Positions 50,014-64,000 of a stretch of 64,000 nt of DNA are shown one piece after another. Origin of the DNA: Marsupella aquatica. Taxonomy: Eukaryota > Plantae > Marchantiophyta. Location of the stretch: NCBI GenBank assembly GCA_973895155.1, contig OZ316897.1, positions 21,613,455-21,677,454 of the forward strand, in the 5' to 3' direction. The first letter of the stretch is position 1, and each line of letters starts with the position of its first letter. The notes beneath the pieces are model-generated. The model had not been told where the DNA came from, made no database searches, and saw only the letters and a program-made list of their open reading frames with translations. The position numbers and the translations under genes are program-made.

Positions 50014-51284
50014 TTAGATATCCATGTCGCAATGTCTTTGAGCGATGTGTGTAGACATTAACACCTGAACCTTGAAAGACTCGCAGTCCCGAGCACATAC
50101 ATTCGACTGGAATGAATAAAGCTGCCTGTTGAATGAGCCAATTGAGCCCATTCCATTGTGCGTCTTCCTTGATGATAATCAAAAATTCAGTTTGGGCGTC
50201 CATGCATTGGAAAAGAAGCGGAAGCCTCATGGACCGGGATCGAGATACAATCATTTGCAAATATGCAAAGTCACGAAAAGAAACTCACCTGGCTGGTTGG
50301 ATCGTCAGATTGCTTGACAAAACCTCAAGGCATTCACTTAATTATGATTATTTTTCTCGTCTTTTCTTGCCTTAGGTGGAAAGACTAAAACTATGCGTGC
50401 ATAAAACCTCCCAGAGGTACAGTACGCTCTGTCGTGCAAAAGGATTTGTAATTCATGGCAGAGCCAATTCTATACCAAATTGAGAGAGGTGGTGCCTAAC
50501 CGAACACTTGGGGTCACCGGAAAGTATGGATTAATTTGTTCGGATCACTAATTGTGAGAAAGGCATTAACAACTTCGTGAAAACCAAAAAAATGTTTTAA
50601 ATTGAAAAATGCCAGAGGGTGTCATATAACTGGAGTGTCGTATAACTGTATTTAAAATTAGTTTGAATCATGAATAATTCAAATCACACAAGTTGACATA
50701 TGACTCTTTGCATAGTGACCCCCAATATCAAAAAACTGCTTAAAGAATTCTAAAACCAGTTCTAAAACCTGCTCCAAATTGAAATTAGAGGGGAAATCAC
50801 TCTCAATCTCCAATAATGCCTATTTTAATAAGTTCTTAAATCCAATAAGAATAAAATTTCAAGTAGGTTTACGCACACAGATTGCCAATTATGGGCAAGG
50901 GAATGCAGATTACTTGCAATTATAGTACATTAGCACACTGCCCCCGGACCTGGTGCAGAAATGTCAAGGTGAGACAAAAAATGTGCAAGCCAAGAATCAA
51001 AGTGTTTTCAGGTTTGTGAGTGTCATCTCTGCAATTTGTGTTGTGTTTGCAAAGGTATACTTGTTGTAGGTCGGTAGTTGTCTATCTGGAAAATGTCATC
51101 ATTTGAGTTGATGTTGTTGAAAAAAGAAAGAAAGAAAGTGATGTTGTTGGGAGAGTGTGCAGGAGGGTGGGAGGGAGACCTGACAGGCTATACCTGCTGG
51201 GGCATCACGGGATCAGGGCGGGATCAGGACGCGGTTGACACACAATGACATATGAATCGAGAACGTCACGCAATTATATGTGGA

Positions 51285-52345
51285 GGGAGAACGCCTTTAT
51301 CTTTTCCCTCCTCCTGTTTTGTTTTTCTTCCCTCCCTTCGCTAAAGCCCCTTATGTCTCAAAAGCCTCTCATGCCATATATATATTGTACTAACTTCCCC
51401 TTCACTCACTCTATTCGGGCCCAAAACAATTTATGCGCCCGGCCATAACATAACCAGTGTATGTATCTTGTATTCTAAGTAGTACATATGTCTTTGGGTA
51501 CGTACTCCCTGTGTATGTACAAAACCCTTGGAAAGTATGTGACGGTCTTATTCCCTAAATTTCTAAGTTTGTAGTTCCCTCTTGTTCTAAGTTTGTAAAA
51601 AGACTCTTGAGGAATTTTGGGTGGATCCCTGGATCCCTTATTATAGTGGTTGCTTGAGAGAATGGACAAAATTAATTATTTTACACAAGGGGGGCACTCT
51701 AGCTCCTTAATTGGCTGCCCAGTTGATCGTCTTAATCTGGTTCTTTGTGCTATTCCTTGTTGAGCATAGACGACACTCGTAACGGTAATCACATGACACA
51801 TCCAACGCGCAAATAGTCGACACAAGAGATACGTGATTCACCTCCTCGAGGCTACGTCCACGGAAACACACAAGAGAGCTTTACTAAACTCTAAACCCGT
51901 CGGCTATTCCAAGTCTCCACAGTGTAAGCTCTCCTCATCTCTCAAGTGGCTCCATAACAATGAGCCTAAGTTCCACTTATCCAAGCAAACACCGTTTGGC
52001 ATATAGTGTGCATCCTAGTTAACCTAACCACGTCTCCGACTACGGTTAGTCTAACTACGGTTATATGCCGTAACCCTAGACCTTGAGTAAATACCTAACA
52101 CTCCTCCCCACAGCCCATTAAAAACTGGAGCATTTTATCTTACATTGGAAAACTTACTTCAAAATAGTATCCCTGACTCCCGCCCTGACTTGCAGGTATC
52201 AATTGTTTCTGAATCAAAACAAGGATGAGTCAGACCATACTTTTGGTTTTTGTGCTTAGAAGTCAGAAGGCTTTGCTTGTTTGATGAAAATTAAACTTTG
52301 GTTACTTAGCCATTTTATTTCTTGAATCTTCTCCTAGATTTTCTT
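51285..52345. repeat. Dispersed ~650-bp repeat, copy 1 (contains a solo LTR); copy 2 at ~59960-60600
   Basis: Long near-identical blocks, e.g. ctggatcccttattatagtggttgcttgag and aacaaggatgagtcagaccatacttttt. Confidence 0.9.
51758..52100. mobile_element. Solo LTR (family A, copy 2)
   Basis: TGTTGAGCA...CTAACA; TSD ttcct/ctcct; the empty site is visible in the paralogous repeat at ~60385. Confidence 0.88.
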
Positions 52346-53908
52346 TCTTCAATCCACTTAGATTAGACCCACATATCTAGCTTGGGCCCCTTTGGGGAGT
52401 ATATTCTTCACATGTACTTTCTCATGAGCTATGGATCCTTCATAAGTTTTTCCATTGTGGTGTCTTATTGGTGTAACTGTGTGAGATATATGGACAGAGT
52501 GTTCTCATGTTCCGCATTGTTGTCTAGTCCCAAGCTGACAGTTTCTTACACCAAGTCCATAAGTGCGTTTTTACCTTGCTAAGAAAGGGCATGCAATATC
52601 AGTAAAATAATGTGATTTGATGGGATTGTGCGCTTACTAATTATTACAATATGATGCACTTTCTTAGTAGAGTAGAAATGCAATAATAAAGGGTTAGATT
52701 GCACTTATAGATTTGTTGTTTCTAGTGAAAAGATTCAGAGTCAGGGTTAGATCTACAGAGAAATCATTATTTACATCACCTTCAAAGTTGAAAGCCTTGA
52801 TGGTTAATTGGAGGGACTTGGATTTCACAAGACCAACCAGTGATCATATCTTCAACCCCATCCTAGAACCCATGGGTGCATGAGCTAATTGTGCATTGCT
52901 GAGTCGATCTGTTGGACAGTTATACATAAATATGATGTCATTCTCGTTTTGCTATTTGACTGCACCACAGATCAATACTACGTGGGTACTACAGGTCCTA
53001 TTTGTGGGTGGTTGTTTGCATTTTTCTTGGCAATACTTGCAAAGGTGTGTCACTTGTTTGTGCCTTTTTTGAAAGTATATGACGGGGATTTTGGGAGGCC
53101 AATGTCTAATTATTACTTAATTTCAAACCTCTGTTGTGAACTGAAAAAACTCCATTCATATCCCCTCTTCCATTGGATAGCAGTTTTTAGTCAATTGTGA
53201 TGGCACTTTGCCACTATCACTACCTAGCAGTGTCCCACCTATCATTTCCCTAAGTGGCATATCTCCACTTTGTCACCATACAACCATGAAATCACTTGCA
53301 CAACTACTGAAGGAGTTATGGTTCCATATAGTAGACAGGTATAGTGCCCCTCAAGTGCAGCCATCCAATTGAAAGTAAAACTCAATTCCCCTTCAGATGC
53401 AATATAATTCTTTAAATTTAATTAAAATTTATTATGAGTGAACCCCACAGAGGGGGGGGGGGGACATACCAGCAGGCCCAAGAAACAAGTCAGCACAACA
53501 AGGCCAGAGAAATGAAACATATACACTTTGGGTGAGGTGAATTAGGTGCCAAGCAGCACCTGAGATGCAATATAATTATTCACATTGGCTTGTGATACAA
53601 AGATCAAGCACTGTACCATCTTTGTCATGCAATGGCGGATGAGCTGCCCAGGTCTCTTGTTTTCCGCTGAACATGTCACTAACCAACACAACCCATTTTG
53701 CAGACATGCAATGGGGCAAAGTTTCTATTTATCTCTTAACATACTTCAGACAGGCAGTTGAGGAGACAAACACACTACAGTGAAAATTAACAAATCCATT
53801 ACAGAGAATCACCAAAGGCACATTGGGATCCCTGGTTGGGACCACCAGAATTTGAAGCATACATCTCAGAAAGACAGTTGGCACTTCTTGTGCCAATCGC
53901 TTCTTAGT

Positions 53909-54018
53909 TTTCCAGAACTTCATACAAGAAAAGAATCAATACAAAGTATACACAAAGGACTCTATTGACTGCGTTATTTAAATTTGCATTTTACTTTGCT
54001 AATGAAGACACAGTAAAG
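53909..54018. repeat. ~110-bp direct repeat of 1879-1989
   Basis: tttccagaacttcatacaag...acaaagtata..aaaggactctattgactgc.ttattta.atttgcattt...gctaatgaagacacagtaaa. Confidence 0.85.
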
Positions 54019-57000
54019 GCTTTGGGCCGTTCACTACCAAGGCCGAGAGCTTGGGGCCGGGGTTTAATAAATATATATTTTGGGGTATCATGTGATATCC
54101 TAGCCTAATATAAATAGACCTATTTTATAAAGAAATATTCCAAGAATATTCTTTGTTTTCAATATTTAACCTATTTTACTTTATAAAAAGTTTATATTAG
54201 AGAATATTCTATAAACATGCGTTTATAATAGTTACCTTCTGTTGCCTCCTACGCTTTTTGAAAATTTAGTTAATTTTTATCAAAAATACCTATTTTGGAT
54301 CGCACTTGGTTCCTAAGATTTTTTACAGTTAATCCCCGAAGGCTGAGGTGGAATGGGTGTGTTGCAGTGCTTGCGTTCTTGTCTCTAGTGCTCATTGAGT
54401 AGTACACTCAGACACACTCTCGTGTTTGGCTGGTTCTAAATCTATTGGACCCTGTGAAGCCAAGCTATATGCTATTGCATATTGTTGTAACATATATGCG
54501 CAATTTATCTTCCTTAAAATGACCTCCTATTTGGTCTGATTCAGGTAGATAAAATTCTGTTGAACAGGTAGTGTACAGATAGAACTTAGACTGTGAAACC
54601 AACTTCAAACTTTGATGAAAACCAGAAGACAACTCACCATTATTATTTTGAACTGCTTGATTAGCCAAAAACCTATGTAACCAACTTTTATAATGCAAAA
54701 ACTTCTTAACTTTTTTCTTCTCTTATTTGCACTCGATCTACAGTTTTTTTTATGTGCTTTGCCTTCCCAAGATTGGAATCAAAAATGTTAACATGCAAAC
54801 TACCAAATCTTACCTATAAATTACAAATAAAATAAAAGCCTGTTGTATAGTCCATCAAATCTCACCTCCAACTTAACATAACACTCAATGCTTGCACAAA
54901 GGTTACAAATACAAATATACCAAATAATGGTTGTTATGACCAAAATGACAAGCCAAGGCTTGCCATAATAATCTCTGTTGACCTCTAGAATGCATGTTTG
55001 CCCCCCTGGGCCCCCAGCATTATTAATAATGGGTTGGACGTGCGAACGGATGAAGGGTGCAAAAAATCTGATTTGAGATTAATTTTTATAATTGGCTTAG
55101 AAATATCAAGGGATGGTTTTATTCAAAGAACCCTTTCTAACTAATATAGGCTTATATAAATGTCACCCAAGTTAATATGCTTCAAGAGGTGATGTAATAT
55201 GGATGTGACACGCGTCACAATAGGATTGGTCCTTGTGGTCACCCTTTATTGGAACATGTGTATATGACATATAATTATGCTTGCAACATCTATGATTCAG
55301 AGTAGTTTAGGACTTTGGAGCTTTTGAACCCTGACTACCCTGCCATGTGGTTCAAAAATGCCCCAAAGTTGAAGTTTGGGGTTAAAGGGTCACGAACACA
55401 AAAATGTATGTACCCAAAACCCTTCCAAAACACTCCCATCAGTTTTAGAACCGTTTGCACATGATGAATTTATAACTTTTCAAGGCTTTCATAAATGGTG
55501 TAAAATGTGAAATTATAATATCTCAAAGGGGCAGATTTATTCTCCAAAATTAAGTTTTTAAGAATAACAAGAGAAATTTTTATAGGCTTCCAAAAATAAC
55601 AAGGGGTACTAGGGAGGGGGGTGTACGCACGTATACCTCTTTAGTTTACAAAGGCTGGGGGCCCAGGGGTTTGCCCTAGTTTGTTCTCACAATAATGGCT
55701 GATTTCATCTACAAAAAGTAACCATCTTTCATATATACTCAGCAAATGGATGCCATATTAAACTACAGAAAATTTCTGCCAAACCCTCTCGACTAGAAGT
55801 GAAACCCTAGATGACATGTGTTTTGTCTTCAAGAGTAGCATCTCCATCACAAAAATAGAAAAGTTAGCATTATTGCTTGAGTTTATTCAAGCCCCAATTC
55901 AAGCTTGTGAGGTACCATGAATAACTTGGTGACTAAAAAAATTGATACATGAGAAGTCTCTACTTGTATGTATATTTTTTAAAATATACATATGATCAAA
56001 TGAATAAAGAAGACATGATTTGGTGAGCAACGTGATTGAGAAAAGAATGATATAGAAAACTCACATTATCTTTGTTGTTTACCAAGCAATACATCAAGTT
56101 CAAATAAGCATGCAGCTGGGATTCTTGATGATGATCATCGTGGTTGGTGCTTCTTTTGTGATTACTAGATTGAAGATTTCTTTTACATTTATATGCCACA
56201 ACGTTTATTCACAATGTCCAGGTAACAGTTGGAAGAATATGTAGTTTAGGAACGTACAGTGTACTCCTCAACCAACCTTGTTGAAGTCTGGGTAATAGGT
56301 CATGGCCATTGCTTCCTACAGCATGCAAGGTTCAATACTGTTTATTAGAAATAATATTTTTAGCTCTAATGCCCAACAAACAACTTCCTTTGTAAATAAT
56401 ATTAAGAACTACAAAAAAAATACTGAGGTGTTTGAGACAACAATTATGTGACTTGCCTTGTTTCTTTATAAAGGTAATAGCTCACTAGATGTATTCCGAG
56501 AAACCACAGTTTTGTGGTCTCTTGGAAATGGCAACTTACTTTTTGGTAGATAAAATATGTACAATTTTGAGTATGATTTCTATTGAAGTAAAATAATAAG
56601 TACTGTCCCCAGAATTACATTCAGGATTAGAAACCAAAATTATAACAAGATTCAACTAGTGTTTCGGTTCTACTTCTCGCCTTGTAGAGCAAGGGGTTCA
56701 GACTAAGATAGGTCATAAGAGGTAGAAGGGACCAAGAATTCAAAAGGGTCTTTCAAGGAAGAAAATGAACCTTGGGCCAATAATGAAAAGTAGATAGTTA
56801 CCACTGGGGAAATCACTTGTTGGATTCTTCAAACCGCCTGCGAGTAAAGGAAGGCTATTTTAAATCGTGTTCAACTAATCATTACAAACACGTACATACT
56901 TTGCATGCAAGCCATAATAAAAGGATGAGTTTTTTATTATAATATGACAAAAGGTATATAGTTTCCAATGCTGGTTATTATTTCCTATTTTATGCATGGG

Positions 57001-57989
57001 TATATATCATTGCACACTTATGTGCCACATGTCATGCACCAATTGATTGGGCCATGTGTCACGGTTTAATTTTTCACAAATAAAACCTGTAGTGTAAACT
57101 ATGGGATTTAGATGGGGAGGATGGGGGTTTTGTATTGGAAAGGGGATATGAAAGTAAACTCTAATCCCCAGTCAAGAATGAGCACAGGACAGGAAATTAC
57201 TGGGATGAGATAGGGGCAACATCCATATGAAGTTAGAATGAAACTGCACCCGATATTAATGCGAGTTGTCTCAAATTCTTATATATTCAATATATTTTTT
57301 GTGAATGTATAAGCTCATCTCTAATAAATTGTCCTATTTTTTTGCATGTGTGCAATAGCACAATATCTGGTATAATAGCTGAACATGATTGACAACTGAT
57401 TGGTTTTGTAGGGATTGTCACTAGTCTATAAAACAGGTGCATTAGCATCACATATTTATGCACTAACTTGATTCATTGTCTTTGTAACGTAGACTTAGTT
57501 AGAAACTCCCATGATTAGTCCATTAAACTTATGCAACATATCACTTGTGCACCTGATAATTATCTCTATAGTGTAGTGTAGGGCATAATACTAACTGTCC
57601 ATACATTGAATAGGTGCAATAGTAGTTGTACGTAGGGCTTGGCTAGTAGAGAGGCTTGGCTAGTAGAGACACCCGGCGCACTTGATCATGAATGTCAGTA
57701 GTGCAATGTGTCTGGGGTACATCCCATGGATACTCCATAGCCACAAGTGCAATAACTATATATGTGCACTTGATCATCCTCAGTATTTTATACGGTGCGA
57801 TATTATAAAGAAACAAGGGGTTTTATAACAAGTTTCAAATTAAAGTACTTATAAATGACTCAAGAATTTGTTTAATGTAAGGAAATTATTTATTATACTT
57901 TTCAAGGGTCTTTTAAATTTGTAATCTGATCAAAAACTAATAAGGGGTACATATGTAACATGTAAATGTTCACAGGGGTATTAGGCTTT

Positions 57990-59093
57990 TTAGCCTAAGT
58001 GATTCCCCAGGTATAGATACATAGGGAGCAAAAGCATTTGCAAAAGGCCTAGACAACAAAAGAACTTGCTAAGGAAGTGCGGTATGACATGAGCTATACA
58101 GCCCAAGAGATGGTCACACTTCACAAAGTCCTTGTCCAGTTTCAATTGTTCAATTAAAAGATCATCATTGGAAGGATCATAACCTGGAAGATAGCATGCA
58201 AAACTGTGTTGCATAGGCGCCATTCAGAATCTTTTCTGGCTCTTCTCTGTTAAACATAACTTCAAACACATTTTCAAGCAAAAAAAGAGGGATTTTTTTT
58301 TCTAGTTTTATGTAGTCCTCCATTAGCACCGCCCCATTTTGCCGATGCACACACTCTCTGAGCAACAGGAGAGGGGACCTTCACATGCTATTGTTATTAG
58401 ACTAACAAAAGGTAGCACCAAATTGGCATCCCACAACAATAATTGCATCTAGCGTGAGTGCCCGCTGTAGGTCTTCCTCTTGCTCATTTTGCTCTAAGTC
58501 ATTGTCTTCTTGGAAGTCATAGCAACTATTACTTTCAGCCAATGTTTTCCCACCAGGATTGACAGAGGCCTTTCCAAGCATCTTCAATCTTGTTCTCACT
58601 AGGTACTGATCGATTGTTTAATACTCTCAAACGTTCTTAAATCTACACCAGGCCGGTTCTCTGGTCGTGTCCTAGATTCGCAAACATCGCCAATCTGTCC
58701 TGGTCCTCTTTGAGACAGTCACCTGAGCACAGTTTGCTTGTGCACTGGCATAAGCACAACTTTGTTGATATGTGGAGAACTCAGGAGCTGAGAAAAGCAG
58801 CAGCCATCTGAAGTTTGAAGTCCTGGCCCCTCTAGAGTGCAACATACCGTCCAGGTCTGTGGAACAAACCAAGGGATATGGATTCAGGACGATGTGAAGT
58901 ATGTAACGTTCCGGTGGCTGTGAAGACTCCCCTTCGTGCCTTTGCGGACTCGAAAGATAGTGTGAGGGTTCATCGGTGCAGATTCGTCATACTCTACATA
59001 CTATTTCCTTATGGCCCGCCTTATGGAGTCTTTCCATGATTGAAATTGCCCACAGGCTGCCAGCTAGCTGTAGCAGCTTAAATCTTCAGCCAT
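57990..59093 (-). pseudogene. DUF247 family pseudogene
   Basis: HTIFRV, SISLGLFH, ALTLDAIIVV, DYIKLEKKIPLFLLE and CDHLLGC appear in the expected order; multiple stops and frameshifts. Confidence 0.75.
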
Positions 59094-59959
59094 TGAACAA
59101 GGGTTACACGACATCTTGTGACCCACCTTTGACATAAGATCAGATTGAGGATGACTCCTTGATCAGCTCTTGTAGCTCAATATCATATGGGTCTATCTAT
59201 TGGATCAAGCCAGAACCAGCCGCGGTGCCAGCTGAGTATTTAAGTAACATCCAACAATCCGCTCCCCACTTTGAAGCCAAATCATCTCAGGGTTTGTGAG
59301 TTTCTCAAAGTTGTGGTACCGCCTGCATGGGACAGACACAGTGTACTTGCAAGGCTCAGTATGTACAAGGAATCACTATCCCCACTATGTACAATCAAAT
59401 GTTTTTCAGGATCAGTTATATGGCCGGGGCCTATGACTGCAAAGTGTCTCAACTTTCAAACATTTTCACGCCAGATTTGATCTAAACAACTCACCGTCAC
59501 ATGAGAATGATCCAACCAGAAGACCACCATTCGTTGTTAATGCAGCCTGAAACCCGGGCTTATAAATGACTGCATCTGCCCGAACCTGCCCGCAACTCCC
59601 CGCGCAACTCAACAAATATGAAATTTGAAAAATGCTCCCAAGCAATGAGATTTCATGGATTGTTTTTTACTTTTTTCTTATAGAATATTCATCATTTTTT
59701 GATCTCCCTTTTTTCCCAGTTGGAGATCCCTTCAATATATATATTTTGAGCGTCTCATCTAATGACTGAGTGTAGGCATAGCTATCAATGGATGCAGATC
59801 ACATAGTCCTAGGGAGGCAAAGGAGCAAGCTGGTTGACACTGTCCCTTGTGAGGACTCTGTGGTATGTGGAGCCCAGTATACATGGAGCCATGGTTTTAG
59901 GGAGTCATAAATAACTCAAGTCACACTTGATATGTGACCCAAATTTCTACTAGTGTGTG

Positions 59960-60600
59960 AAGGGAGAACCCCTTTATCTTTTCCCTCCCCTGTTTTCTAC
60001 TTCTTCCCTCCCTTGCCAAAAGCTTCTCATGCCCCAAAAGCCTCTCATGCCAGATATTGTACTAACTTCCCCTCCTCACTCACTCTATCCCCAAAAACAC
60101 TAAGTATATGCCCCTAAACATAACTAGTACATGTATCTTGTATACTAAGTATATCTCTGGGTACTCCCTCTGTACAAAAAACCCTGGAATTATATTCCCT
60201 CCTCTTCTAAGTTTGTAGTTCCTCCTATTCTAAGTTTGTAAACATATTCTTGAAGGATTTTGGGTAGATCTCTGGATCCCTTATTATAGTGGTTGCTTGA
60301 GAAAATGGACAAATTATTTTACACATAGGGGGCACTCCAGCTCCTTGGCTGCCCAGTTGATTGTCTTAATCCGGTTCTTTGTGCTACTCCATACCACAGT
60401 CCGTTAAAAACTCGAGCATTTTATCCTATATAGGACAACTTACTTCAAATAGTATCCCTGACTTGCAGGGGTATCAATTGTTTCTGAATCAGAACAAGGA
60501 TGAGTCAGACCATACTTTTTGTTCTTGTGTTTAGAAGTCAGAAGGCTTTGCTTGTCTGATGCAAACTTTGGTTAGCCATTTTCTTTCTTCATTAATCTTC
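59960..60600. repeat. Dispersed repeat, copy 2 (no LTR insertion)
   Basis: Homologous to 51285-52345. Confidence 0.9.
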
Positions 60601-61020
60601 TCCTATGTTATTGATCAAACAATGTGTATGATAGGATAACAGACAATAGATTTCAGAAGTACGAGCCTGAAGCACATTCGCAATAATGTGTGCCGGATGA
60701 TCGATCATGCTTTTGTCAAATTCATCACTTGTCCAGTTTACTCCAACACGGTAGATTGCAGACATTGCTCGAATCCTAGGAAGAACCGCATCAAGAAGAC
60801 TGAGAACAGAATTTTGACGATGAATGTAAGTCCAGTGAGATCCATCCAGATTTGCGAGTCTCAGGATCTTACTCTGCCATACTGCCGACTGCCGGTAGTT
60901 AATTTCTCGCGTGTTTGAGTGAATTTGACTGTAGAGATTTTCTAACTTGAAGCAAATATAAGGGTGCAACGTTGTCGTGACGAACCATTTTGGTGCCGAG
61001 ACCAGGGATGAGGAAGTCGG

Positions 61021-61210
61021 TTGGTGTTCTGTATTCGGTGAGCTGCGAATGCTTTGGAGTCGAATTGTTTCGACTTCAAGCTCGACTCTGAGAGTCGATT
61101 GGTGTTCCGTTTTCCGTGAGTTGCGAGTGCTGAGGAGTCGAATCGTTTCGACTTCAAGCTCAACTCTGAATGACGATTGGTGTTTCGTTTCTGATGAGCT
61201 TTGGGCATGC
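61021..61210. repeat. 78-bp tandem repeat x~2.4
   Basis: ttggtgttc...gagtcgaat.gtttcgacttcaagctc.actctga starts at 61021 and 61099, with a partial copy at 61177. Confidence 0.8.
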
Positions 61211-63056
61211 GGAAGCTAAGGAGTTGGGAGTTGGCTGTGATTGGAATGCAAAGGGCTGTTGGTTCGTCTTCTGGCGACCAAGAGACTGGCTTTTGAGTTC
61301 TGAACCCGCCTGGCGGTGACTCGTTGGGCGGGGATGCTGCTTCTGAGGCGTATTTGAGGCCTGGGCTTCGGCTCAGTCCAGGGGAGTCAATCGTTTATGG
61401 AGATTTGGATTGAGGTTTGAGGTGCTACCGATTGTGAACCAGCAAACCTGAGTGTTGGATCATTGGCGATGCGAGCTAGAGATTCTGAGTTCTGAGCTTG
61501 AGCACTTGAGGAATTTGATTTCGTGGATTTTTCAACTTGATAGCCTTTGAGAGGACGATAGCTCAATGGAAGATAGATAGTAACCTGCTGAAGGGTTAGA
61601 GATCAGACTTTCACGAGTGACCGGCCCCAGGGCACCCATTGTATTGATCACGAGATTTTCATAAAGTAAAATGTTTGAGTTTGGGCCCCGAATCGTGTTT
61701 GTCACTCATCTGGATTGCAGCCAGAAACAGTCCGTTTTCCCGAGGTGACCCTTGCATTCAGTCCACGCGACAACGTCCTGAAGCCCTTGTGAAGGAAGCC
61801 TTTGTGAAGGAAACACGGGCTCGATATGCCACTTTACATGAGTCGGCTTCCGTGCCATAATTGAGTCAGCACAAAGCGCGAGTTGAAAATGGTGTCCACA
61901 TCTGCGTGCACAACGTTAATGCGTTACGATCTATGGCAATTTGTTCTTTGATTGAAAAGGACTCTGTACAATAAATTGTGCATAATACTGCTGTACCCTC
62001 CCTCTTAAAGATTTCAAAGTGGGCATACTAAGAACAAACCAACGTTGTATTGCTTTTGGAGATTGTGGCGAAAGGTACTGCCAATTTCCTCGTTGCTACT
62101 GTGAAAGTAGAGCTTCTTCATAGCACGTTACATTCTGTCGTAGTTTCTCGTCGCTATCTTCCTTACTGCTGCAATTACTGCTGGCCTGCATGATCGAGAC
62201 ATGTACAGGCATAAATGGCTGTAGTACTTCTTCTACCCGGGGATAGAACAATCGTTGTGGATGCAGCCAGAACGATATTCTCTTAAGCTGGAGACGCTCG
62301 ACGGCTAGAAAGCAACTTTCAGTAGGTTCTGGTTTAGTCGATCAGCTAGCTAGAGTGGCAGGCCCAGAAACTTCCAGCATTGCACTTCAATGCAATTGGA
62401 ACGCACATATACACCAGGAGTGATAGCTAGACAGCCGTGGCGTGCTACCTTGCTCACGTGCATGTCAATCTGGGTAGTTGGCCACAAGCAAGGGATGTTG
62501 ATGAAAGGTAGTTTGACTCAGATATCATTCGTCTTGAATTGGCAGGAATCTCATACTTTAAATAGATGACATCTCAGTCGAGCGGAATATATCCGCAAAC
62601 GTAGCACGTTGCAGAGTAGTTCAAGCATTATGTGTGGATACAGAAGATCAAATGGAAGCAAGCTGGCATTAATTGAGGTATACCTGCCTTGCCTGCAAAG
62701 ATTTCTGGACGAGTGCTATATGATCCTCCCTCCGATGAATTATCCAGGGTGCCTTCTCTGTCTTCTATCGGTCAGTCAAGACTTGTGTTCCCTCCTGCCA
62801 TCGCATTCCTTCCTGGAGTTGATTGAAAAATGTGCGACCAACAACTTATTGAAAAGGGAGCTCTCAGCATGACATTTCTGCTGATCTGAGAATCTGCAGT
62901 CACTGACCTACTTAGATAAGAAAAGATCGAATTGCCGCTGGCTCATATACCTTTTGTTTGGTCTTCTCAGGCACTCTGGAATTTAGTAAATCTAGAGCTC
63001 AGGAGTCCGGCAGTGAAGTCAGCTGAGCTAAAGCGATCGTGGCAAAGATTGAATTG

Positions 63057-63419
63057 ATGGAACTGCTCAGACTTTGGGAGGAGGCGATGGCAGGACTCGT
63101 GCACCGGTTCAAGCCGATAATAATGCAGGGACTCTTCAGCGTGCCGGCACTGGGACTAGCGGTGGGATTGTTCGTATCGTGGGTGTGGCTGCATCGGTAT
63201 CGGCAGCGACACTACCTTGGACCCAAGACTTGGCCGATACTGGGATGCTTGGTTGAGCAAGCCCGGAACTTCGATGTGCTTCATGACTGGCTTCTTCAGT
63301 ACTTCCGGAGAGGGGTACTCACATTCCCCGTTCCCATGGTGAATATCAACAACACATTCACAGCCGACCCCAACAACGTGGAGCACATATTGAAATCCAA
63401 TTTCGTCAACTATCCAAAG
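63057..63419 (+). CDS. Cytochrome P450 of the CYP86 clan (CYP704B-like), exon 1; the gene continues beyond the window
   Basis: TM anchor then GPKTWPILG..EQ..NFD.LHDWL..Y..ADPNNVEHILKSNFVNYPK followed by a GT donor. Confidence 0.88.
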
Positions 63420-64000
63420 GTAAATGGACAGTAATTGAGCTAGCCATAGCCGAGCTAGCTGAAGTTTCTTGCGTTCAAGGCAGTTCATGCACAGACTTTC
63501 GTCAATTTGAGGTCACTTATTCCTAGAAAGAAAAAGACTGTCGGAGGAGAAAACAGGCAGGTCTACGTACTTACAGGCGATTGTTCTTGCAATCTGGTCG
63601 TTGGAATTGAGCTCACTTAAACGAAAAAATGGAATGTATGCTCCACATTCATAAGCACTTTATGAGCGTTGACAATCTACATCTGGAGCAATTGCTGTCC
63701 AAAACTATCCTTCACTCTCTTCGCCAAGGACTTCGAAGTTTCATCATGGTCGTTGACTGGCTACAGTAGCTAAGGTGCAAGGTCTATGCATGCGGACACG
63801 TACAGCTGAGCGCTCGTCAAGAGACAACAATTTAGTAGTCATTTCTAATTGAATTCAATTGTTCCAAGTCCTCTTTAACAATTATGGGCAAGAGCCGAGT
63901 GAGTTTCATTTGTTTTATGGGTGTCTGGTGTCATCTCGTGAATGGCCTTAGTTAGCCATATATTGCAGGAATGATTCATTGTAGCAAGCAGCTAGCGCTC

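Noticed and set aside
54032-57700. CACTACCAAGG at ~54032 as the start of another CACTA element
   Set aside because: No matching terminal CCTTGGTAGTG or TSD found downstream.

Overview
Eukaryotic, intron-containing, repeat-rich land-plant DNA; a bryophyte or liverwort origin is my inference from the ELIP type and overall gene content. Host genes are an intronless AIG1-like P-loop GTPase, an ELIP, a two-exon PR-1/CAP gene, a DUF247 pseudogene and the first exon of a CYP704B-like P450. The centre (~20.6-47.9 kb) holds a three-level transposon nest. (1) An outer, decayed Mutator-like element has a GCM-like/DDE/SWIM transposase and a divergently oriented second gene with a ParB/Srx-like N-terminus and a bacterial-type N6/N4 DNA-methyltransferase-like C-terminus. 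Eight copies of an 18-bp palindrome (GCYAGCRA-NN-TYGCTRGC) lie in its introns, intergenic DNA and ends, plus one inside the nested CACTA. (2) A 16.8-kb CACTA element (TIRs plus ATC TSD) is inserted between those two genes and carries open cargo ORFs for an NSD-like PHD-finger cluster and a tandem Pol-lambda-like BRCT protein. (3) A 2-kb non-autonomous CACTA (AAT TSD) sits inside that. Also present are two solo LTRs of one family, Harbinger, LINE and CACTA remnants, a captured MCM fragment, and an inverted duplicate of the ELIP promoter and 5' end. All protein-family calls are by-eye motif recognition; no searches were run.
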